A stretch of 63,204 nt of DNA, filler included, from Stramenopiles sp. TOSAG23-2 (lineage: Eukaryota): NCBI GenBank assembly GCA_900128395.1. It is 11 parts of 11 records of this genome, joined end to end, with 100 filler letters (N's around TTAATTAATTAA, not from the genome) between each part and the next. Parts side by side here need not be neighbours in the genome. Positions count along the whole stretch, not along the records: positions 51,561 to 58,782 come from LT650345.1; positions 58,883 to 60,256 come from LT653052.1; positions 60,357 to 61,730 come from LT653053.1; positions 61,831 to 63,204 come from LT653054.1; 7 more parts are not named here. One strand, written 5' to 3'. Below, piece by piece: positions 54,159 to 63,204 of this stretch. The position numbers and the translations under genes were made by a program. Positions within the stretch are counted from its first letter, which is position 1. The number at the start of each line of letters is the position of its first letter. The notes below the pieces were generated by a model that was given only the letters and a program-made list of their open reading frames with translations, did no database searches and was not told where the DNA came from.

Positions 54159-56357
54159 ATGAAAGCTGCGATGCCATTGTTACAACAACATGGTGATAAT
54201 ATTGTCGTGAATGAAGATGCGTGTAAATATTTAAACCAAATCAAAGAAAACTTAGTTATTGTGTCTTGTACAGGCCTATATCGCACGGGCAAGTCATTCT
54301 TATTAAATTCTTTAGCGCAGGTCAAGAAACCCGTATTTAACGTCGGGAATACAACAGATGCATGTACAAAAGGTATATGGATGTATGATACGAAGAAAAC
54401 CTTAGAAAATGGTGGTAGATTGATTTATTTTGACTCAGAGGGCTTGGCTAGCTTAGATCAAGATGAAAATTATGATGCTAAAATATTCTCCCTAAGTCTC
54501 TTATTGAGTTCCTATTTCATTTTAAATACTATGGGTGTAATTGATGAAAGTGCCATCGATCGTTTATTTTTGGTCAGTGAATTAAGTAAACGTATAATTA
54601 TTGAAAAAGACCACCAAGAGGAAGAAAAAATGAAATCCGAGGATGGTGGCAAAGAAGAAATTCGCCAGCCTGAGGATATGGAAAGGCTTTCACGCTACTT
54701 TCCAAAAATTATGTTTTGTTTACGTGATTTTGTTTTATCGCTGGAACATAACGGCCAACCAATCACGCCAAATGTTTATCTTGAAAATGCATTGGAGCTT
54801 AGAAAAGGGAATGGGCGACGTGTAGATGAACGGAATGATACCAGGCAAGCAATTAGGGAATTGTTTCGCGATAGAAGTTGCTTTACATTAATACGACCTT
54901 GTAACGATGAAAATAAAATGCGACAAGGACTTAGTCTTTCAAGTGATTTAAGGCCTGATTTTGTACAAGCACTTAATAAATTAAGACATATGATAGTGAA
55001 TAATGCTCCATTAAAAAATGTCAACGGTACGACATTAAATGGTGCCATGTTAGTATCACTTACAAAAGCATATACAAATGCAATGAATTCAAATGTTATA
55101 CCTGAAATAAAATCAGCATGGAATCAATGTTTAACAGAAGTTTGTTTGCAATCATATGAAGACGCATTTTCCAAATTTAAAAATATTTTGAAAAAACAAG
55201 TGACTATTTCAAATGTTAGCAGTATTAGGCAGTATAAAAAAATGATTACAACATTTAAAAATGAAACTTTAGATGAATTTAATTTATCTGTAAGATCAGC
55301 AAGTGGAAAACAACAAGTTACAACTTATTTAAAGAAATTAATAGAATCAATTGATGAATATCAGGAAACGTTTTTAAATGAATTGATTACAAAATCAAGA
55401 GAACAATGTCAAAAAATTGCATTGAATTCGTGGAAACAATCAATTACAAAAAATATACATTCGCAGCTTGCAAATAGAAATAATAATAATAATGATAACA
55501 ACAAAGGCAAAAATGAACCAAAAGAAAGCATGATTGAGTATGATTACATTATGAATCAATATATCACATTTTTATCTACATACGAATCTGAGGCAAAACA
55601 AATATCTTCGGATGTAGTCTTGATTGAATTTTTGAAAAAAATTATTATTGAAGATGTTGGTAAAAAATTTGAAAAGAATAATCATATCGCAACGCTTGTT
55701 AAAAATAATTTACAAGCTATTGTAAGACGGAAAGAAAGTGATGTAAATAATTTGAAACAAACTGTTGAAAGAGAAATAAAACGAGGAAAAGAACAACAGG
55801 AAACAACTAAGAAAGCAATTGAAGTTTTAGAAAGAAGATTATTGAATGCAGAAGAGCAAAAGAAAGTTGTAAATCAATTGCATAAAGAAGAAGTAAAAAA
55901 ACGCGAAGAAGCATTAAAATTACGACGTGATACTCAACGTTTATTATCTGACGAAAAAAACAAATTGAGAAAGACAGAAAAAGAAGTATTTGCTTGTAAA
56001 AAAGAAAACGATGATTTAAAAATGAAATTTGTACATTATAAACGAGATGTTGATAGTGTTATTAAAACAAAATCAGAGGAAAATGAAGTAGCTTTGATAT
56101 TAAATGAAATTGTTGAACAAGTTGTTTTAAAACGATTTGCTGAGAAATCGAATTTAACTTTGAAAAAGGTAAAAGATGAATTATCCAGATCACTAGATGA
56201 ACGTAGTGCAATGAGTGTGAAGCTTCAAGAATTGATGGTAAAGATTAGTACGTTACCAGAAATATATCAAAGAGTATTATTTAGTGCTGATGGGAATGGT
56301 GATTTTTATGATCAAGTGGCTGATGATGAGAGTAGTATATTTTCATCATGGTTTTAG
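54159..56357 (+). CDS. Guanylate-binding protein (GBP/atlastin family large GTPase; 732 aa)
   Basis: GLYRTGKSFLLN, CTKGIWM, DSEG, LRDF and a C-terminal coiled coil. Confidence 0.93.
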   Translation: MKAAMPLLQQHGDNIVVNEDACKYLNQIKENLVIVSCTGLYRTGKSFLLNSLAQVKKPVFNVGNTTDACTKGIWMYDTKKTLENGGRLIYFDSEGLASLDQDENYDAKIFSLSLLLSSYFILNTMGVIDESAIDRLFLVSELSKRIIIEKDHQEEEKMKSEDGGKEEIRQPEDMERLSRYFPKIMFCLRDFVLSLEHNGQPITPNVYLENALELRKGNGRRVDERNDTRQAIRELFRDRSCFTLIRPCNDENKMRQGLSLSSDLRPDFVQALNKLRHMIVNNAPLKNVNGTTLNGAMLVSLTKAYTNAMNSNVIPEIKSAWNQCLTEVCLQSYEDAFSKFKNILKKQVTISNVSSIRQYKKMITTFKNETLDEFNLSVRSASGKQQVTTYLKKLIESIDEYQETFLNELITKSREQCQKIALNSWKQSITKNIHSQLANRNNNNNDNNKGKNEPKESMIEYDYIMNQYITFLSTYESEAKQISSDVVLIEFLKKIIIEDVGKKFEKNNHIATLVKNNLQAIVRRKESDVNNLKQTVEREIKRGKEQQETTKKAIEVLERRLLNAEEQKKVVNQLHKEEVKKREEALKLRRDTQRLLSDEKNKLRKTEKEVFACKKENDDLKMKFVHYKRDVDSVIKTKSEENEVALILNEIVEQVVLKRFAEKSNLTLKKVKDELSRSLDERSAMSVKLQELMVKISTLPEIYQRVLFSADGNGDFYDQVADDESSIFSSWF

Positions 56358-56719
56358 TTAGAGTCTCCAGGAGGTATGATCATACTCAATAACTAATCTA
56401 ACGCGGATCTATCATAGAGTATTTTTTCTTTATTGAGGAGAGATTTAAAATTTTTAATATACGAGCGTAGCGGCTCTCTATACAGTGTATTACAGGAATT
56501 TACGGAGAATTTACTCGTAGATTTTTTCACCACATCGTATCTAGCTATAATACGTGTTATGCATATATATTTTATATATATATATTTTTTTTTATACGGG
56601 GTACGAAATTAAAATACACCCCCCCTGTGATATTGGTACACATGATATTCGTATATTAATAAAGATAAGACGCGACATATAAAAATATTAAAATATCTCA
56701 CAAAAAAACAGTGTTGTTT

Positions 56720-58186
56720 TTACACCCAACCACCTTCACCTTTCGCATTGACTTTTCCAGTTTTTTTCTTAGCCATTGTTTCTATATTCCCTTTCGCAAC
56801 GTTTTCTTCATTTATTGTTACCTCCTCGTTTTCTTGTTGATTCCTATCGTTTCCTTCTAATTCTCTAATTCGTGCTTTCGCAGCATTTAATTTTTCACGA
56901 AAGTTATCAGTCAAAGTTACCCATTCCTCAATTTCTTTTGCACTTTCCTTGCTTATATTGTTAATTTCCTCAGCGTAAAGCTTTTCTTTCTCTCTATACT
57001 CTTCCCTTTCACGCAATAACATCCATACCATTTGGTCTTTCACAGCAGCAGCTTCATTCGCTGCTTCCACTTGCGTTGCTAAATTAGCACGATCAACAGT
57101 CTCACGATCAAAATCATCAGCACGTACGTCTATACTAGTTTTAAATGGTTTGTTTGCAATTCTTTCAGCCTCTGCACACATTTCTAAATATTTACTACGA
57201 GTTGACATTGACATGCCACTATTACTATTATTATTACTATTACTACCATTGCTTCCACCATTATTAATACTATCAGCTTTTACCATTTTAGCAAAACCAT
57301 CAATTTCATCTACATCATGTTGTAATTGGTCCATATCATGTTTTAATAATGATAATTTCAATGCTTCCGCACCACGTAATCTATGTAATATTGCTTCTGT
57401 ATCAGCAAGGGTCTCGCGTTCAATTGCACGACGAACGGATTGAACTTCCTCAGCACGTGCGCGAACAAATCGCATTTGTTGCAACAAATGTTCCTTTTTA
57501 GACAATAAATTCATTTGCAACATGTGCAATTCGGTTGCCGCCATAGGATTTATGGAGGATGCCTGAGCATTTAATTCTGCACGTATTCTTTCCGTCTCAG
57601 GTGCTGCTGGTAAGTTAATTGGAAGTTCAGGTGGTCTAACTGATTGCGCAGCTGCTGTAGTTGAAGCATATGTAGCGTTTGCTCCAGTCATTGAATTGTT
57701 ATTTCGGTTGTTATTGCCATTTCCACCTTGTCTCCATTTTCCTTCTAAAGCCAGCTGTTGCATCATTTGTTTAAATTCAGCACTAGTTATATTCCCATTA
57801 CCAGCTTTTCCAAATCGTTGAAATAACCTTCCTACTTCAAAATCTGCTTGTGCACTTTGCATACCACCACCCCCCATCATCATATTTTGTTGTTGCATTG
57901 GTGGTACTCCACCCATCATTCCCGGACGATTGGCACTAGGTTGCAAACCTTCGCTTTGTACCATTTGCAAAAAAGCTCTTGGGGTCATAGCTCCATTTCT
58001 GGCATACCTTTCAAACATTTGACCACCGCTAAAAACTGGGCCGTTGTTTTGTTGACCTTGTGGTAGCATTGCAGACGCTGAAGAAGCCATAGTTGCCATA
58101 GTTGCATCAGATGGCACGGTTGATAATCCATCATCTTTGCTTTTTTTTTCTTTTTTTTTCTTATCTTTCTTTTTATCTTTCGCCAT
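56720..58186 (-). CDS. Uncharacterised protein with degenerate EF-hand-like motifs and long coiled coil (488 aa)
   Basis: LFQRFGKAGNGNITSAEFKQMM, M/G/Q-rich linkers and a heptad-rich C-terminal half. Confidence 0.7.
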   Translation of the reverse strand: MAKDKKKDKKKKEKKSKDDGLSTVPSDATMATMASSASAMLPQGQQNNGPVFSGGQMFERYARNGAMTPRAFLQMVQSEGLQPSANRPGMMGGVPPMQQQNMMMGGGGMQSAQADFEVGRLFQRFGKAGNGNITSAEFKQMMQQLALEGKWRQGGNGNNNRNNNSMTGANATYASTTAAAQSVRPPELPINLPAAPETERIRAELNAQASSINPMAATELHMLQMNLLSKKEHLLQQMRFVRARAEEVQSVRRAIERETLADTEAILHRLRGAEALKLSLLKHDMDQLQHDVDEIDGFAKMVKADSINNGGSNGSNSNNNSNSGMSMSTRSKYLEMCAEAERIANKPFKTSIDVRADDFDRETVDRANLATQVEAANEAAAVKDQMVWMLLREREEYREKEKLYAEEINNISKESAKEIEEWVTLTDNFREKLNAAKARIRELEGNDRNQQENEEVTINEENVAKGNIETMAKKKTGKVNAKGEGGWV

Positions 58187-58782
58187 ATTTTACGTGTATG
58201 TGTGTATCTGTATCTGTTCGTGAATATTAATCCCTACAATATCTATCTCTCTATATATATATAGATAGATAGATAATGATGACATTGATCTATCTCTCTT
58301 GATCTATCCGGTTTCTACATCTTTAATTATTAATTATATGTATTTTTGTATGATAAAATTGATGATGACGTTTAATGATATTTCCATCTTAATTCAAAAT
58401 ACCAGGTAATACAAATTATAATTTCGAGATTTGAAAAAAAGTGAAAAATGCAAAAAACATTATTTTCTATTCCAATAATTTATACTTGAATGGGAAATTA
58501 GAATACCAAAATAGTTCTCCTATCTAATTCTCACTATCTCCCAGATCTCGTACGCGTTCCTTCCCATCACACAGCACCTGCTACCTGCTGGGCCTGCTAT
58601 ACGATGCGAGATTAGAATACCAGGAATGCCAATATGGTTCGTAAAAATCATTCATCATCGACTATAAGACTAAATTGAAATCAATAAAATACTAAAACAT
58701 AGAATTGCAAAGTGCATATTCATTCATATTCATGTAAAAGATAATATAATAAAAGATACATAGCACCACATACATAGTTATA

Positions 58783-58882
58783 NNNNNNNNNNNNNNNNNN
58801 NNNNNNNNNNNNNNNNNNNNNNNNNNTTAATTAATTAANNNNNNNNNNNNNNNNNNNNNNNNNNNNNNNNNNNNNNNNNNNN
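58783..58882. other. Artificial contig linker
   Basis: N44-TTAATTAATTAA-N44. Confidence 0.98.
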
Positions 58883-58883
58883 C

Positions 58884-59372
58884 AGACCAAAGGAAAGCAT
58901 TTGTGTTGGTCATTATGCTAGTTCCACGTTGATGTATCAACCGAATGAATGTTTTATTATTCAAGTAACAGATACGGGTGCAATCGGTTTAACTGGTGGT
59001 GATCGTTGTGAAAAAGCTGTTGAAGAATTATGTCCTCATCCATCTAGATATATGCATATATTTAGTAAACGTGGTGGAAAACGTGATTGCCATTGGTGGA
59101 GACCAATTGCACCTAGTAGTGATTTCGTCGTATTAGGTGATGTATGTGTAGTTGATAGTGAAGATCCACCTGATATTGAATATGTTCGTTGTGTACCACG
59201 TGAAGTTTGTGTGAAAGCATCTGTAAATAGTTTAGAATGTATATGGAAAGATGTCGGTACAAGTGGACGTAAAGGTAGTATCTGGAAATGTAATAGTATG
59301 GGTTTGATGATTGCTACGGATGGATATGATCCACCTAATGGTGTGGAACGTTGGGATTTGATGGTCGTGTGA
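58884..59372 (+). CDS. Vps62-like domain protein, 5'-partial
   Basis: WWRPIAPSSDFVVLGDV...PP...VRCVP...IWKDVGTSGRKGSIW. Confidence 0.8.
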   Translation, partial: RPKESICVGHYASSTLMYQPNECFIIQVTDTGAIGLTGGDRCEKAVEELCPHPSRYMHIFSKRGGKRDCHWWRPIAPSSDFVVLGDVCVVDSEDPPDIEYVRCVPREVCVKASVNSLECIWKDVGTSGRKGSIWKCNSMGLMIATDGYDPPNGVERWDLMVV

Positions 59373-59560
59373 TGTTGGTTGGTAAACACAAGAAGTGTCT
59401 TGGTGTGTTGTATTTTTGGATAATAAAAAATAGTAAGAAAGTACGAGCCAAGTTGTAATATATGTGATGGGGAAAGAAAAACAATGAGAAAGAGAAGTTA
59501 CATAGTAGAGTGTTTAGGTTTCTAAAAAATAATAATATTGTACATTTTAGTATTCTAATA

Positions 59561-60155
59561 TCCCTTTTAAGTACAATTTATATAATTTGATAGTATAATC
59601 ATACTAATGGTATTCCCATGCTAATCCTACAAAATCATAAATATCATATATATTATATATTATGTTTATACGTATAAGAACAAGGTATAGAAAATGATAA
59701 AGACAAAAAATAATTACATTATATATATCAGATAAAACAAAAATGAATGTATAAAAAGGATTGGATTTCCTCAATTAATTATGTATAAGATGACATGCAA
59801 AGTTATACGAAGAGTTCATAAGATTTAAATAGAAAACAAATCCCATTTATCAATTTGTAATATTTCTAAAAAAATAATAAAAAATTTTATAAATTGGACC
59901 ATTGGAATTTTAACAAGATAAATTAACACGATAGTAAAATTCATGAATGTTAGAAAATAGAGAAAATAAAAAATTGTAGATTATGATACGTCGTATAAAT
60001 TTGCACATACGTTTTCATATAGATGATAATGATATTCTAACGTTTATATGACAATTGAAATCGATTACTATATTTTTTATATGAAGAATTCCCTTCCAAG
60101 TACAATTTACATATTTTTGATAGTCTAATTATATTGATGTTATCCCTATGCTAAT
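59561..60155 (+). repeat. Degenerate ~65-nt direct repeat pair (59561-59625, 60090-60155)
   Basis: TCCCTTyyAAGTACAATTTAyATA..TTTGATAGTmTAATyATAyTrATGkTATyCCyATGCTAAT. Confidence 0.7.
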
Positions 60156-60256
60156 TGATTTTTATCAGCACGAACTCAAATGAAAAATATTTATGATGGT
60201 TAAAATCTACGGTATGTTTTTTTATGATGGTGGATCGAGTGATCGAGTGTATAGTT

Positions 60257-60356
60257 NNNNNNNNNNNNNNNNNNNNNNNNNNNNNNNNNNNNNNNNNNNN
60301 TTAATTAATTAANNNNNNNNNNNNNNNNNNNNNNNNNNNNNNNNNNNNNNNNNNNN
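60257..60356. other. Artificial contig linker
   Basis: N44-TTAATTAATTAA-N44. Confidence 0.98.
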
Positions 60357-61210
60357 AGTACGCGTAGTTATTTCTATGTTTTTGTAGATTTTTGTAAAAG
60401 ATAAAAAAAAATGTGCATTAGGAAAAATGAGATGAGAAAAAACATTTTGAAGAAAGAAAATTTAAAAGATTTTATAAAAAATACGAAGTAAAAAAAAAGA
60501 AAAGAAGAAAAAAGGAAAAGAGAGAGAGAGAAGAGGTGTGAAATTATGAACACACAGCCAGAACTTATAAAATAAAAGATATATAATTCTTTCGTATATA
60601 TATATATATATGAGTAAGAATCCCACCAAGATCGTCTTTACGAAACGTGTACGTATATTTTAAAATCCTAAATGCATACCATCACACACATTTTTTTATT
60701 TAAATAACATCATCACGCTTCTTATTACTGACCAGCATTGGTAGGTTCACTTGGAAGGAGGAGATCTTTTGATTGTTTCGCACTTTTCTCTTGTTTCAAA
60801 TGATTATTTTTTTTCTTTATGCAGTTGCGTTGGATGACTCCCATTCAATACATAGACGACTATTAAATCAAGATAAAAATACCACGAAACTACCGTGCTC
60901 ATTAACAAATGTTGCCGCTATAACGACAAGCAGGCAGATGTGACTTCATATGTTCTCCATTTAATAATTTTTCATATATGCATCACCATTGACTTACCAT
61001 CGTAAATTGTTCATCTGTACTTTTTAGTATATAAATATATATAGGAAAGAATTTTCCAAAGCCATAAGAACGAATAATAATAAATGGAAAATACATATAT
61101 ATATATATTTAAATAAAAATGAAATATCAAAGACATCTAGTAAAGAAGACAAACAAATTCAAAAAAAAGAATATTAAAAAATAATAGTAGTAGCGGTGCT
61201 TGCTTAAACG

Positions 61211-61510
61211 ATGAGTGGATTAAAGTACATTAAAAAGGTGGCGGTATATTTCAACCCGTTGGATCCAAGGACGACAGGCATTAGGGAATTTTTTAGTCGA
61301 GTAAATACGACAAAGAATTTATTAACAAATCCAAAAGTGGAAACTGAATGTAATATATTTGATGAGGATGCACCACCAAAATTACAAGTTGATTTTATGG
61401 ATGGGGATAAACATATTGTAGAAGATGCATCAAATATGATAGTAGAAGATATACTTGATCCAATTAATGCGAAATCAAAATCATTGTCTTTGAACGAAAT
61501 GAATGGATAG
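61211..61510 (+). CDS. MRPL53: Mitochondrial ribosomal protein mL53-like (99 aa)
   Basis: LKYIKKVAVYFNPLDPR...REFF...TNPK...PKLQVDFMDG matches the mL53 (yeast Mrpl44) pattern and size. Confidence 0.8.
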   Translation: MSGLKYIKKVAVYFNPLDPRTTGIREFFSRVNTTKNLLTNPKVETECNIFDEDAPPKLQVDFMDGDKHIVEDASNMIVEDILDPINAKSKSLSLNEMNG

Positions 61511-61730
61511 GACTATATATTGGAATTTGCATATATTATATTACGTATGATTTTTAAAGTAAAATTTAAAATGGTATTTTTGTGTGAACAAAAAAATTAA
61601 AAAAAACATATGTTTAATATTTTTAATAATATACACCACACACACATTATGATTATGTAAACATCTCCTCTACCACACTACTACGACACCACAATAACAT
61701 AATTATTTATATTTCCAAGATGTACTTTTA

Positions 61731-61830
61731 NNNNNNNNNNNNNNNNNNNNNNNNNNNNNNNNNNNNNNNNNNNNTTAATTAATTAANNNNNNNNNNNNNN
61801 NNNNNNNNNNNNNNNNNNNNNNNNNNNNNN
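61731..61830. other. Artificial contig linker
   Basis: N44-TTAATTAATTAA-N44. Confidence 0.98.
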
Positions 61831-62537
61831 TTGTTACATGCGTAATACTACGTTGTTCAACATCAAGATCTGGGAATTGGAATACGCGATGTTTTGATCC
61901 TCCTTGTTTTGTTACTACTGTGCCAGTTTTTTCGGAAGATAAAAATGGACGAACTCTGCAATAAACACGAATATTACCCTTTAATCCCATAACAGAATTA
62001 TGCAGTTTTCGTCTAATAGCTTCATCTTTTCTTGCTTTATTTTTATAAAAATCAATTTGTGATGACCAAATTTGTGCATTTTCAACTGCTTTCGTTTTGT
62101 CTGCTAATGCATTTTCAACTGTGCTTTTATAATGCGTTAAATCCTCTTTTGCTTTTACAAGTTCATGTTGTACAGTAGCAACTTCTGCACTTGCAGCTTC
62201 ATGTGCATCAGTTAATACCATGAAATCTTCATTACATTTTATTAATTTTGTTTTTTGATGTTATATTTTCTGTTTTCTTTTCCTCTTCTTTTTGTTTTAC
62301 ATTATTTTTTTCACTATTTAAATTATTGGTTGATGTTTTCTCAACATTATTATTTGATTGTGATAATTCTGGCTCACGCATTGCACCATTTTTTTGTACA
62401 TCAGGTGACTTTGGTTCTTCTTTTTTGGTATTATTCTTATTTACATCATCATCCCCTTTTACGTTATTTTTAATATTTGCATCACCATTATTATTATTAT
62501 TATCTCCATTTTTCGCAGTGGATCCACCAGATCCCAT
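61831..62537 (-). CDS. Kinesin-14 (C-terminal motor), 3'-partial; probable N-terminus MGSGGS separated by a +1 frame break at ~62232-62260
   Basis: Neck motif RRKLHNSVMGLKGNIRVYCRVRP after a coiled coil. The upstream ORF 62537-62232 overlaps the +1 frame, which is open from ~62260. Confidence 0.75.
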
Positions 62538-63204
62538 GATGTGATGGTATTTTTTCTGTGTTTGTAAGTATCAAGGGATTTTGTATCACGTATTTTCTGA
62601 CAATTTATTACTTATAAACTTTCTATATATTGTTAATTGTTGTTAAACACTTTTGCTTTTGTACTTTCATACTTGTAATAATTTAAATTAATTATCTTAG
62701 AAATGTATATACAATATATACAATATATATTTATTTTTAGAAAAGGTGTAACGTGCAAGAATTTTAATAATTTATAGTATGAAATATGATCTTGGCGTTT
62801 AGCATATAGATAGCACTACTGGGAGTATTATAGAATGGAGCTTTTCATCTTAATCTGGCATCGCTTTTTTGCCCTCCTCTGTTCTACTATCATCATCTCT
62901 TTTTTACTTTTACTTGGTACCAGGTACTTCGGATATTTTAATTTTTTTGAATAAATGATGATGTGACACCTTCTCAATCATGTTAATGTACATCTATCTA
63001 TCTTAATCTATCGATAATAATATGTAGAAAACAATGTATATAGACAATAGATAAACATATATAAAAACAACAACGACAACATTATACAGGCAAAAGTCAT
63101 GGCATCGTTAATAAATAACAACAACGAAACAACAAATACAGATAATTTCATCACATGGTACAATTCACAAAAGAAAGGACAAGATGAAGAAGGTAGTATC
63201 ATAT

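Noticed and set aside
60720..61015. Possible minus-strand gene upstream of mL53 (GTAAGT site, coding-like composition)
   Set aside because: I could not build a stop-free spliced frame or recognise a domain; at most a remnant.
7304..61830. Regularly spaced TTAATTAATTAA palindromes about every 7.3 kb
   Set aside because: They are artificial linkers flanked by N44. The spacing reflects length-sorted contigs, not biology.
22191..62537. Alternative genetic code (stop reassignment) as the explanation for interrupted genes
   Set aside because: The breaks change frame rather than being in-frame stops, and TAA, TAG and TGA all end intact genes normally.
1..63204. Operon, defence island or multi-gene system formed by neighbouring genes (SMC6, GBP, LRR, ankyrin, the pseudo-enzymes)
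   Set aside because: The genes lie on separate, artificially joined eukaryotic contigs, so adjacency carries no information.
1..63204. tRNA, rRNA or snRNA genes
   Set aside because: None recognised by eye; tRNAscan-SE and Infernal would be needed to exclude them.

Overview
This window is eukaryotic nuclear DNA, not prokaryotic. It is 11 unlinked contigs (7303, 7301, 7286, 7258, 7250, 7232, 7230, 7222, 1374, 1374, 1374 nt) joined by an artificial 100-nt linker (N44-TTAATTAATTAA-N44), so gene neighbourhood across linkers is meaningless. The genome is AT-rich, gene-dense and intron-poor, uses the standard code, and has GTAAGT...YAG introns. Gene content (axonemal-type dynein, TTC16, VPS35L, SMC6, GBP, SWEET, mL53, kinesin-14) fits a flagellated protist; a heterotrophic stramenopile SAG/MAG is my inference only. 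I see no single multi-gene novel system. Best leads: (1) a tandem pair of intron-containing, bacterial-type quinone-dependent D-lactate dehydrogenase genes with an N-terminal extension; (2) over-represented intergenic TAC..GTA motifs (TACCWGGTA mostly near 5' ends, TACGAGTA mostly near 3' ends) plus several short dispersed repeats; (3) intact ORFs that have lost canonical catalytic motifs (dynein heavy chain lacking AAA6, Cys-less IscA-like protein, signal-peptide AKR without its tetrad, Arf-like pseudo-GTPase); (4) four frame breaks in three genes, with no convincing intron to explain them. All family assignments come from motif recognition by eye, not database searches.
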